Below are positions 18,230 through 27,696 of a DNA stretch of 64,000 nt, in pieces. The stretch covers positions 32,001-96,000 of the forward strand of contig CAVSLC010000014.1 of NCBI GenBank assembly GCA_963728565.1. Direction: 5' to 3'. Below the pieces are notes generated by a model. That model ran no database searches. It was not told where the DNA came from and was given only the letters and a program-made list of their open reading frames with translations. Origin of the DNA: an uncultured delta proteobacterium (lineage in GTDB: Bacteria; Desulfobacterota; Binatia; UBA9968). Numbering within the stretch: the first letter of the stretch is position 1; the number at the start of each line of letters is the position of its first letter. The translations under genes were made by a program, and so were the position numbers.

Positions 18230-20052
18230 TTCAATTCCTTGATTTCACTCTCCCTGAGCGCTTTTCTAAAGTCTTTCGTTGCCGCAAGGTCCACGTTGCG
18301 CGTAGCTTCGTCAAGCACGACGCCGTAGATGCGGCGCGCCGCCTCCACTGACACCAAGCCGTTATTGATGTCCTCTTGAATCAGCTGAGGGTCGCGTTCC
18401 AACGGATCGCCGTAGCCTCCGCCGCTGGCTACTCTCATATAGAGCACGTCTTGCTGGCCGAGTTCAAAATTACAATAGGGAAGTAACCTAGAGCTACCAC
18501 CGAGCTGCGAAACATCGATCGGAGAGCGATTCGTTTCCATGATTTTCTGGACGTTGGTGTTTTCCAACAACATCATCAGACTCGGCGCACCCGGATAGCC
18601 GCCGAATATTCCATGTCCCGAATTTCTCAGCCCGGCCACTCCATACGCCACACCCCGTAGCTTTCCCTCCGGGGCATCATGCAACGTGTGCGCGGATTCA
18701 ACTCCTACCCCGCCGCGAAACGCGCCGGCTCCGGCGCTGTCTTTGGCGTGGCGGCGAAACAGGTAGAGCAACGGGTAGTGAAGCTCCATCCACTCGACGT
18801 TGGGACAGCTCATGTAGCTTCCGCCGGAATTGACTCCATCCTTGCTGATGCCGGCGCCATTGCCATCAAGCGCGCCGTGCGCCATGTTGATGAAAGGACT
18901 GTAGCGGCCATACTGGTTTACGCCCGAATGCCGGCAGTTTCTGTGGCTCGCGTTGGGGGCCACGATCTCTTTGCGCCACTTCTCGCTAGTTGCCAGCATT
19001 TGCATCAGGACCGAACTAGCCAGGAACCCGACGCCAAAACCCGAGGACGTTGTGCTCATCGACATAGGAGCGGGATACTTGGCATTGACCAAAGTGCCTT
19101 CCGGAGCGATCACGGTCATCGGTCTCAAGACGCCGTCATTCTTGGGAAGATCGTACGCCAGGCAGCAGAGAATCGCTCCGAAACAAAAACCGAACGTGCC
19201 GTGATAAGGGAGATTAATTCCTTTTCTCACCTGCTTGTCGGTCCCAGTAAAGTCGAAGGTAAGCTGGTCGCCATTTTTTCGCAGGATCAGATTGAGTCGG
19301 CAAGGACCATCGGCTTCGATGGTTAACGTTTCGCTCCAGCTGCCATCGGGAATTTCCTTGATCCGGTTGTGCAGAACCGTCTCGGTATAATGTATCATTT
19401 CGGCCGAGACGGCATTCATCATTTCCGGCCCGTACTGCTCATACATCGCCTGCACTCGGGCCTTCGCCACGTTGTTCGCGGCGATCTCGCATTTGAGGTC
19501 GAGACCGACGGCCTCGGGCTGGCGAGTCATGTTGGTGATGGTGTCGAAAACGTCGCGTTTAAGACGGCCGCGCTCGACCAGCTTGACTCCGGGAATGCGA
19601 ATCCCTTCCTGAAAGACTTCGGTGGCATCGGGCGAGTCGCCGCCGGGAGTCATCGCGCCGACGTCACTCACATGAACGAATGTCGCGCTCCATCCAACCA
19701 GCTCATTTTGGAAATGAATCGGTGAGATTGCGTAAACGTCGGAGTTGTGGATGGCAGCGAGATACGGGTCGTTGAGCAAAAACATATCGTCCGGGCAAAT
19801 TTCATCCTTGGCGAAACGCTCGAGAATTCGCTTGACAGCAAATCCTGCGCAAACGACATGCTGGCCATAGGTCTCCCCGGCGGCCATGATCTCTCCTCCG
19901 GGCCGGTAAAGCGATGCGTTATAATCATGCTGCTGGGTGGTTGTTACGGTGCCTCCTGTGCGCTCCAGAGTGATGCCCATTTCCCGCGTGATCTGGTGCA
20001 ATCTGTGCGACAAAACCTCGAAAGTTATCGGATCGACATTTCTGATCAGCAT
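18226..20052 (-). CDS. Hydantoinase B / oxoprolinase family protein
   Basis: DPITFEV, NDPY..AIHNSD, HVSDVGAM.PG, QEGIRIP, DSAGAG.FRGG, GGGYGDPLER. Confidence 0.92.
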   Translation of the reverse strand: MLIRNVDPITFEVLSHRLHQITREMGITLERTGGTVTTTQQHDYNASLYRPGGEIMAAGETYGQHVVCAGFAVKRILERFAKDEICPDDMFLLNDPYLAAIHNSDVYAISPIHFQNELVGWSATFVHVSDVGAMTPGGDSPDATEVFQEGIRIPGVKLVERGRLKRDVFDTITNMTRQPEAVGLDLKCEIAANNVAKARVQAMYEQYGPEMMNAVSAEMIHYTETVLHNRIKEIPDGSWSETLTIEADGPCRLNLILRKNGDQLTFDFTGTDKQVRKGINLPYHGTFGFCFGAILCCLAYDLPKNDGVLRPMTVIAPEGTLVNAKYPAPMSMSTTSSGFGVGFLASSVLMQMLATSEKWRKEIVAPNASHRNCRHSGVNQYGRYSPFINMAHGALDGNGAGISKDGVNSGGSYMSCPNVEWMELHYPLLYLFRRHAKDSAGAGAFRGGVGVESAHTLHDAPEGKLRGVAYGVAGLRNSGHGIFGGYPGAPSLMMLLENTNVQKIMETNRSPIDVSQLGGSSRLLPYCNFELGQQDVLYMRVASGGGYGDPLERDPQLIQEDINNGLVSVEAARRIYGVVLDEATRNVDLAATKDFRKALRESEIKELK

Positions 20053-20055
20053 GGT

Positions 20056-22164
20056 TTACCTATTTTCGCCTAAATAAATTTTGACGTTCAGATATTCATC
20101 CACCGTTGCGCGGTCTTTGGGGTTGATGACAATGGTCGTGATCGGAGTCTCGATGATGGCCGGACCGAGAATCTCGGCGCCGGGACCGAGACCGATGTAA
20201 TCATAGATCCTGGTCGGCACGAAGTCCTTTTCTTCCTCGAAATAAACTCTTCGATCGGTCTTGAGAGCGTTATCCGCGCTTTTGTTTTTTACCGGGTAGC
20301 CTTTTAAGGTTGGCCTTTTTAGCCGGCCCGTGGCAGCCACTCGGAACACCATGATTTCTTTGCCAGCCTCGCGGTAACCCGCTCCCGGGCCATAGGTTTG
20401 TTCGTAGAGCCGGTCGAAGCGGTCGTACGCCTGTTCCATGGCTTGCGGCGAAATTTCTCCAATACCGGGCTGCAGCGGGACATTAAGCTCGTGCACCTGC
20501 TGACGGTAGCGCATGTCCAGGCTTCTGATGATTTCGATGTCATCGTTCTTGATACCCGCCGAGCGCAAGTTGGCCAGCGCTTTTTGGACCAGCACAGAGA
20601 AGGTTTCGTTGATGCGTCCGACCTCGGCCGGCACAAACAAACGGTCGGATTTTCCATATTCGTAGACGACGTCGGAGCTGACTAGACCCGTGGCTCCATG
20701 AACTGAGGCGGTTAGCGGAACAACGATCTCCTTGACCCCGAGCTCGGCGGCATACCTTCCTGCATGGACCGCGGCTGCTCCGCCGAAAGCAAAAAGAGTA
20801 AACCCTCTCGGATCGTATCCTCTCTCCACGGTCGATCTCCTGATAAGATCGCTCATATGCGAGTTGATGATCCGGTAAATGCCGCTGGCGGCCTGGGTCA
20901 CGCTCATCTCCATGGGTCGAGCAATTTTTTCGTCCAGGATCTTCAGTGCTCGCTCTTTATCGAGCCTCATCTTTCCACCGAGAAAGCAATCTTCATTGAG
21001 ATATCCGAGAATCAAGTCGGCATCGGAAACCGTCACCTCTGAGCCTCCGAGCCCGTAACAGATCGGGCCCGGCATGGCCCCCGCGCCGTGCGGTCCAACC
21101 TTGAGCAGTCCGGTTTCGGGATCAATCCAAACGATACTGCCACCTCCCGCGCCGATGGATTCGACCCAAATCTTAGTGAGAAAGATCTGGTATCGTAAAA
21201 AGACCGGCTTATAGTCCTTTTCGATGGCGCCCTCGCGAATGACCCCGACCTTGAAGGTTGTTCCGCCCATGTCCGTGGCCAAGATGTTGGCTATGCCGAG
21301 CTGCTCACCTGTGGATCGGCTTCCCGCAACGCCGGCGGCGGGGCCTGATTCGATCATACCCACGGCATTGCGACAGGCATCGTCTACTCCTAGAACTCCG
21401 CCATAAGCCTGCATCACCAGCGGCTCGCGGCGCAAGCCTTTCTCAGTGAGGGTCGTTCTTAGTTTTCTCAAGTAGGACGAAATATTGGGCGCGATGTATG
21501 CGTTGAAGGCGGTCGTGGCGGTGCGTTCGTATTCGCCTAAAAAGGGAGCCACCTCGCAGGACAGGCTTACATGAATAGCCGGGTATTTCTTTTTTATAAT
21601 TCCGGCGATTATCTGCTCGTGGGAGTCGTTGGCAAGCGACCAGAGAAGCGAGACGCCGATGGACTGCACTCCTTTGGCGACTAGATGATCAACCGCTTTC
21701 TCCGCCTCCGCTGGGTCCAACTTGATCAGCACGGAACCTTTGTAATCGATGCGCTCGCTCACTTCTTCGATATAGGGACGCGCTACGATCGGTTCGGGCT
21801 TACTCTGCGTCGAGGCGCGAAAGGCTTCCGTTTCGGTGAGTCCCTCCGTGGTCCTGCCTCGCATCAGCAGTATCGTATCGCCGAAGCCGAGGGTGGTGAT
21901 GAGGCCGGTTTTCGGGCCCGAACGGGTAATCAGGGTATTGTCGGCCACCGTGCGTATGTGAAAAAACATTTTGGTGGCGGCGAGGAGTTCCGCCTCATCG
22001 CGCAGGCCGATATTTTTTGCGGCATCTGCTACCGCATCGAGCGCGCCCTTGGAAAAGTCCTCCGGCGTAGAGAGAGCCTTGCCAACCTTTACGGTCCCTT
22101 CGGTATCCAAAGTAACGCAGTCGGTAAATGTTCCGCCGATATCGACTCCGACGACATATTCCAT
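20056..22164 (-). CDS. Hydantoinase A / oxoprolinase family protein (ATP-dependent)
   Basis: GVDIGGTFTD, ESGPAAG, DMGGTT, SIGAGGGS, GYDPR.F.L.AFGGA. Confidence 0.93.
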   Translation of the reverse strand: MEYVVGVDIGGTFTDCVTLDTEGTVKVGKALSTPEDFSKGALDAVADAAKNIGLRDEAELLAATKMFFHIRTVADNTLITRSGPKTGLITTLGFGDTILLMRGRTTEGLTETEAFRASTQSKPEPIVARPYIEEVSERIDYKGSVLIKLDPAEAEKAVDHLVAKGVQSIGVSLLWSLANDSHEQIIAGIIKKKYPAIHVSLSCEVAPFLGEYERTATTAFNAYIAPNISSYLRKLRTTLTEKGLRREPLVMQAYGGVLGVDDACRNAVGMIESGPAAGVAGSRSTGEQLGIANILATDMGGTTFKVGVIREGAIEKDYKPVFLRYQIFLTKIWVESIGAGGGSIVWIDPETGLLKVGPHGAGAMPGPICYGLGGSEVTVSDADLILGYLNEDCFLGGKMRLDKERALKILDEKIARPMEMSVTQAASGIYRIINSHMSDLIRRSTVERGYDPRGFTLFAFGGAAAVHAGRYAAELGVKEIVVPLTASVHGATGLVSSDVVYEYGKSDRLFVPAEVGRINETFSVLVQKALANLRSAGIKNDDIEIIRSLDMRYRQQVHELNVPLQPGIGEISPQAMEQAYDRFDRLYEQTYGPGAGYREAGKEIMVFRVAATGRLKRPTLKGYPVKNKSADNALKTDRRVYFEEEKDFVPTRIYDYIGLGPGAEILGPAIIETPITTIVINPKDRATVDEYLNVKIYLGENR

Positions 22165-22333
22165 CAATGAATCCCCCGTCGAAAAAATAACTTACGCGGG
22201 TCCGCGGATTTTGCCAAGTCCCCGGAGTTGCTCGCTTCATGATCCGCCCCCATTTGGCTCATTCAGCCGCCTAAGATCCGTTCATCTAAAATTTCTATAA
22301 AACGGCGCGCCGTTGATATATAGCTTGGCGAGG

Positions 22334-22922
22334 ATGAACAGAGAAAAGGCGGAGAGTCACTTCCAGATATACCGTGAAGCTTTGCGCCGAGAGCTGATGA
22401 GACTGGCGGCATATGGCCGTGTGTACCAGAGGCTCTTCGAGCGGAAGGTTGACCGACTGGCGGAACTGGAGCTAGCTTCAGCTTTCTTTGTTACGACAGC
22501 CGATGCTCTGTTTTTTGGGATAATTAACGCGGTTGATAAATTGTTCGACAAGAAAGGTGAACGTGGAATTTTCAACTTCTTGAAGTTTGCTGAAGATCAC
22601 CGCGAATTGTTCGACCCGAAGGAATTGAAACGCCGCGGCAACTATCCCGATGAATATTTTATTCTTCGCGGCCTGGAACCGATTACTTTTCAAAGCATCG
22701 AAGCCGATCGGCAGAGAATTGCTGCATTCAAACCTTTCGCTAACTTCAACCTTTGGTGCGACAGATATCAGGCCCATTTTCGACAAGGAGTATTTTTTCG
22801 ACATCGCCAAACTTCAGAAAGATGCACCGTTGGATGCGCCAGCCGTGGAGCAGGCTGTTAAGCTGGGTGACGTTGACCACCTCCTAGACCTATTGCACAA
22901 GTGCTTGAAAAATGGATCGTAG
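22334..22922 (+). CDS. HEPN AbiU2-like domain protein; frameshift near 22780
   Basis: All-helical pattern, LFDKKGERG, C-terminal ...DRYQAHF/DKEYF resembling the AbiU2-type RxxxxxH region. Confidence 0.5.
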
Positions 22923-23050
22923 AAATTTTGGAAGTTAGGCCCGGCGGTTGGCAAAATGTTTCGCCCGGTCTTATTGCTTGCGGTGATACTGCTCGTCGTG
23001 GCGATCTGGGTTGTTTTCAGTGTAATTGGGGGAGGGGAGACATTACGATT

Positions 23051-24526
23051 TTAGTTTGCCAAAGCTCGGCGGCTCGTCGTCGGCCTCATCGCCTTCCTAT
23101 AAAGCGTCTCGACTTCCGCATCGGCTGCGTCGGGCCGGTTTTTGGTCCGATTGTGGATGCGGAACATTCTTTCACTGATGGGCGCCACTGCCTTTATCAA
23201 CGCATCCTCATCGACCGGTGTCAGGCGCCCGTCCCTGACGACAATTTCGCCATCGACCAACACCGTATCCACCGATTCGCCTCCCTCGCAATACACCAGC
23301 TGATGAATCACATCGTTGAGCGGACGAAGGCGAAGATGAGGTTTTAAGATAACGAGATCCGCGCGATAACCGGTTCGGATGCTGCCAATTTTTCCTCTCC
23401 ATGCCGGGATCGCTTTGGCGCCGTTGATCGTCGCCATGCGTAGAGCATCCGCGGCAGTCACCCAATCATTCGGCTCAAAGGTGTTCACGCGAGAAACAAA
23501 CGCCGCCAAGCGCATCTGTTCGAAAATGGAATAGTTGTCGCTCGTGTCTCCGCCGTCGGTGCCGAGGGCGACATTGACGCCCCTTTTCTTTAGCTCGCTT
23601 ATCGGTGCGATACCGCTGCCGAGCTTGAGATTGCTGGCGGGATTATGAACGATGCTAGCTCCGGCAGCAGCCAGGAGATCCATCTCCGCAGCATCGAGCC
23701 AGACACCGTGAGCTGCCGAGAACCTGGGTGAAAGAAGACCGAGTTTGTTGATACGGTGAACAATCCCCTTTGGGTACAGCTTGCGCCCGCCCCAGCGTTC
23801 AATAACCGTTTCGAGCAAATGTGTGTGGATCCCCAGGTCATTTTTATCAGCCGTACGAACGATCTCGCGCAAGAGCTCGTCGCTGCAATTTTGCGGCGAG
23901 GATGGGCCCAGCATAAGACCTAACTTCGTTCCTGAGCTCCTCACAAGTTCCAACACCGGCATCATCTCGTCCTTCCAGGAATCGCGGCTGTTTGCGCCTG
24001 CCGGTTTACCATGGGACAGCCTGCGACGCACCAGATCGAGGAAGTTTTGGTCGCGCAGCGACGGAGCCAGCATTCCCCGAATCCCCGTTCTCTGAAAAGC
24101 GCCGATGACCGCTTTCATCTTGGCCGTGGTGATTCCGGCGCGCAGCGAGAAATGATCGACCACCGCAGTCACACCGCTCTTGAGCATCTCCGCGCACGCC
24201 AGTGCGGCTGCCGCGCCGATGTCATGGTCCGATAGTTCGGCAGCCTCTTCGGTGCCCTGCCTTTTGCGGATCCAAACTTCCTTGCGAACGTTGTCACGAA
24301 AACTGCGTTGGAGAATCTCCATGAGGTGAGAATGGGTGTTGATCAACCCCGGAAGCACGATTTTGCCGGAGCAATCAATCCGCCGGTCGATCGCTGCGAG
24401 GTCGGTTTTTAGCTGCTCTCCGATCCAGGATATCTTACCGTCCTGAATCAGGAGCTGTTGCGGCGCGTGCACAGCTCTTCGGCTGTCCGGTGTGACTAGA
24501 GTTGCATTCTGTAGAAGCGTGTTCAT
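23051..24526 (-). CDS. Amidohydrolase family (AtzA/TrzA/MtaD-like deaminase)
   Basis: PGLINTHSH, HTHLLE, AHGVW, HNPASNLKLGSG, LGTDG, G.RADLV. Confidence 0.9.
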   Translation of the reverse strand: MNTLLQNATLVTPDSRRAVHAPQQLLIQDGKISWIGEQLKTDLAAIDRRIDCSGKIVLPGLINTHSHLMEILQRSFRDNVRKEVWIRKRQGTEEAAELSDHDIGAAAALACAEMLKSGVTAVVDHFSLRAGITTAKMKAVIGAFQRTGIRGMLAPSLRDQNFLDLVRRRLSHGKPAGANSRDSWKDEMMPVLELVRSSGTKLGLMLGPSSPQNCSDELLREIVRTADKNDLGIHTHLLETVIERWGGRKLYPKGIVHRINKLGLLSPRFSAAHGVWLDAAEMDLLAAAGASIVHNPASNLKLGSGIAPISELKKRGVNVALGTDGGDTSDNYSIFEQMRLAAFVSRVNTFEPNDWVTAADALRMATINGAKAIPAWRGKIGSIRTGYRADLVILKPHLRLRPLNDVIHQLVYCEGGESVDTVLVDGEIVVRDGRLTPVDEDALIKAVAPISERMFRIHNRTKNRPDAADAEVETLYRKAMRPTTSRRALAN

Positions 24527-24647
24527 GCTGCCGACCGGTATGTCTGATCGTTTGCCGTCAAGGGGATTACCGGGCTGCATTAGTCAATTCCAGCGCCGCT
24601 GAATCTGCGCGCTGGTGTCATTCCATGAAGATTCACCATCAGCCGGC

Positions 24648-25925
24648 CTATTTTTCCCAGTTGCAGATCTCGGCCGCAGCAAGCGCAAAAACTTGCGCGC
24701 CGACGTAGATCTCTTCGACATCGATCTGCTCGGACCGGATGGCGTGCTTTTTCCCGCCTAGTCCGAACTTGAGCGTCGGTATACCCATTTCATTGTAGAT
24801 ATTGGTATCGGTCCAGATGCTGGCGCGAAAAGTGTTCGCCGGCGGCGGCTCCTTGCCGCACACGTTATGATACGCTTGCTTAACCACTTCGATGAGCGGC
24901 TCGACGCCTTTTGCCTCATAGCCCATCAAGGAAGCGTACATCTCCATGTCGTACTCAACGCCGGTCGCGGATAGGATTTTTCTCAGCTCACGTTGGACCT
25001 GCACCGGACGAAGTTCCGGCGGCGTGCGCACATCGACATAGAGCGAGCAGACGCCGGGGAAGTAATTTGGCCGAAACGGTGCTCCCCCCTCGACGGCGCC
25101 AATGTTGACTTTGGGTATGAGCGGGCCGATCGCCGACTGATACACACAGCGTTTCTCAAAATCAGCTGCCCAGGCGTCGATAGCCTGGACCAGCTTGAAC
25201 ATTTTCAGGACCGCGTTGTGTTCCGCCGGCGGTTCCTGCTCGCGTGTAACGCCCCAGGCGGCGTGCGGGTTGCCGAAAGTTCTAATGCGAATCTGCGTCA
25301 CTCCGTTTTGCGCCCACACGATCGAATGCCCGGAGCGGTCCGCGCAGATTGCGTAGTCCGACTGAATGCCGTGCGTTAGCAGATGGCGGGTTCCGGTGCC
25401 CTCTCCTCTGTAGGAGCCGGACTGGTATGGACCGATGGGTGTGCGCGAGATCTCTCCGGCCACGGCCGCGAGAATACAGTCGCCTTTCAGTTCGACGCCG
25501 CTCTCCTTTAACGCTTTACCCGCAACCATAAAAGCGGCAACCCCGGATTTCATATTCGAGGCGCCGAGACCGAAGACTTTTCCGTCGCGAACAGTGCCGC
25601 GCAATTCGCTCACCGGATCGAGCTCAGCGCAGAACATCCGGTCCTCTTCGGTGCCGGTGAAGCTCGTATCCATATGACCATTGATCTGAACGGAAGCGCC
25701 GTCGCCGCGTCCCTCGATCACGCCCACGGCATTGATGCGATTGGGATCGATTTCCTGCCGAATGGATCTGATTCCATGGCGCGCATACCAGTTGAGTATA
25801 AAATCGCCGATCTCACGCTCCGATCCGGTGGGGCTCGGGATATCGCAAAGCTGCTTGGTCAATTCGGCGCACTCATCCCGGCTTATTCCCTGCAGAATCT
25901 TTGCCTTGTCTTTTTCGTTGATCAT
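24648..25925 (-). CDS. M20/ArgE-like metallopeptidase/deacylase with atypical metal ligands
   Basis: IPSPTGSE, NGHMDT, G.GASNMKSG, AGEI, DVRTPP. Confidence 0.85.
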   Translation of the reverse strand: MINEKDKAKILQGISRDECAELTKQLCDIPSPTGSEREIGDFILNWYARHGIRSIRQEIDPNRINAVGVIEGRGDGASVQINGHMDTSFTGTEEDRMFCAELDPVSELRGTVRDGKVFGLGASNMKSGVAAFMVAGKALKESGVELKGDCILAAVAGEISRTPIGPYQSGSYRGEGTGTRHLLTHGIQSDYAICADRSGHSIVWAQNGVTQIRIRTFGNPHAAWGVTREQEPPAEHNAVLKMFKLVQAIDAWAADFEKRCVYQSAIGPLIPKVNIGAVEGGAPFRPNYFPGVCSLYVDVRTPPELRPVQVQRELRKILSATGVEYDMEMYASLMGYEAKGVEPLIEVVKQAYHNVCGKEPPPANTFRASIWTDTNIYNEMGIPTLKFGLGGKKHAIRSEQIDVEEIYVGAQVFALAAAEICNWEK

Positions 25926-25942
25926 CTGTGTTTTCTCCAACT

Positions 25943-27391
25943 TCAGTCGGCAACAATCTTCGGTCTTCGCGTGTGCCACTCCGTTGCCTGTTCATAAGCA
26001 TGGGCTACGCTGAAAATGAGTTCTTCCTGGAAAGGCCCGGCGGCGATTTGCATGCCGATCGGTGTGTTCAGTTTAGAGAAGCCGCAGCACACGCTCATGG
26101 AAGGTAAGCCGGTTACGTTGAACGGAATCGCGCATAGACTGTCGGCTCCGCCACGTTCGTCCGAGCGACGTATTTGTTTCCCGTCGATGTTGACCCAGCC
26201 ATCGTTGCATTCCTGAATGGTCGGGACCGTGAAGCCGACGGTCGGCAGCGCCAGCAGCTGAACCCTCTGAAGCAAGCCATGAAACTCGTCACAGATGAGC
26301 CGCCGCACTCGCTGAGCCATCAGATAAGAAGAGGCAGGCACCGTCAACGCCGAGAGATAGGCGTAAAGAGTTTGTCGGCTATAATCACGTGCCCGGGTGC
26401 GCAGGTTACGGTCGTGAGCCGAGGAGTTTTCAACCCGGCTCGTGCAGACTTTCACGGCCGGTATCAAATCCATGTGCGCAGTCGTGACTTCTTCCGTCTC
26501 CACGCCCAAACTCTTGAGAACGGCAATGGCTTGGTAAAAGACTTCTCTGACTTCTGCCGTCATGACCTCTTCGAAATAACCCCTGAGGATTCCCACTTTC
26601 AAACCGTTGACGTCTTTACCGAGGCTGGCGCTATATTTCGGTACGGGCTCGCGGGCGCTCGATGGATCTTGCGGATCGTGGCCCGCGACCGCCGCCAGCA
26701 CGATGGCCGTATCCTCGACGGTCTTGGCTAGAATCCCAACGTGGTTGCACGAATAAGCGCCCGTGCCGGGAACGCTGCCGTGCTGGCTAATTCTGCCGTA
26801 GGTTGGCTTTAGCCCGGCAATCCCGCACATGGAAGCGGGATTTCGTACCGATTGTGCGCTGTCGGTCCCGATGGATGCCAGACAAAGACTGGCCGCCACC
26901 GCCGCGCCCGAACCGCCGCTGGAGCCGCCGGCGATCCGGTTCGAGTCCCAAGGGTTGCGCGTGGTGCCGTAAAACGGGTTGATCGTCGTTCCACCCAGGG
27001 CCCATTCGTGCAGATTGGTCTTACCGAGAATAACTGCTCCCGCCTCTTTTAATCTGCTGACTACAGTCGCGTCGTAGTCCGGTATCCAGTTCTCGAGCAC
27101 CTTCGATCCCGCCGTGGTTCTTACCCCCCGGGTCGCGATGTTGTCTTTAATGGATAACGGAATGCCATGGAGCGGTCCGCGATGATCTCTACTGGCAATC
27201 TCCTCCTCGGCTCTCTTTGCCTGTGCCAGAGCATCCTGTGAAGTCACAGTCACGTAGGCGTTGATTGCAGGATTGAGCTTCTCGATCCGATCCAGAAAAA
27301 GGCGCGTTAACTCTACCGGCGAAAGTCTTCTACTTGCGATTTGCGGAGCCAGACCGGCAATCGTGAGAGTCTCCAAGTCTTTTAAATTCAT
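25943..27391 (-). CDS. Amidase signature family protein (GatA/AtzE-like)
   Basis: GPLHGIPLSIKD, GKTNLHE, GGSSGGS, GTDSAQSVRNPA, GLKPTYGR. Confidence 0.92.
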   Translation of the reverse strand: MNLKDLETLTIAGLAPQIASRRLSPVELTRLFLDRIEKLNPAINAYVTVTSQDALAQAKRAEEEIASRDHRGPLHGIPLSIKDNIATRGVRTTAGSKVLENWIPDYDATVVSRLKEAGAVILGKTNLHEWALGGTTINPFYGTTRNPWDSNRIAGGSSGGSGAAVAASLCLASIGTDSAQSVRNPASMCGIAGLKPTYGRISQHGSVPGTGAYSCNHVGILAKTVEDTAIVLAAVAGHDPQDPSSAREPVPKYSASLGKDVNGLKVGILRGYFEEVMTAEVREVFYQAIAVLKSLGVETEEVTTAHMDLIPAVKVCTSRVENSSAHDRNLRTRARDYSRQTLYAYLSALTVPASSYLMAQRVRRLICDEFHGLLQRVQLLALPTVGFTVPTIQECNDGWVNIDGKQIRRSDERGGADSLCAIPFNVTGLPSMSVCCGFSKLNTPIGMQIAAGPFQEELIFSVAHAYEQATEWHTRRPKIVAD

Positions 27392-27564
27392 GACCGCTCC
27401 GCCGGATCGATTTTGAGCGCGGGAACCACGCCTTCGACATCGACCTCGTAGAGTTGCTGGAAAAGTTTTCGCGACGCCTCGGCCTGTTTGGTGATGGCTT
27501 CGATCTCTTCTTCGGTCAGGTCCAAACCGTATTCAACATTGATTCTTTTCACTGCATCTTTCAT
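27388..27564 (-). CDS. Small acidic GatC/AtzG-like protein coupled to the amidase
   Basis: 58 aa, GLDLTEEEIEAI...LYEVDVEGVVP resembles the GatC pattern; its stop overlaps the amidase start. Confidence 0.55.
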   Translation of the reverse strand: MKDAVKRINVEYGLDLTEEEIEAITKQAEASRKLFQQLYEVDVEGVVPALKIDPAERS

Positions 27565-27696
27565 AGGCGAGTTTCTATAATCGTTCATGCAGGGTGTCAA
27601 CGAAACTAAACTGTTCTATATTTTACGTTTCACATCTGTAAACGAAGGCTGATCGTGCACTGCAGGTCTTTTAAAGAAAGGTACCTGGTGACCGGC

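Noticed and set aside
25943-27564. gatCA of the Glu-tRNA amidotransferase
   Set aside because: No gatB follows, the active-site loop is divergent and the neighbours are catabolic.
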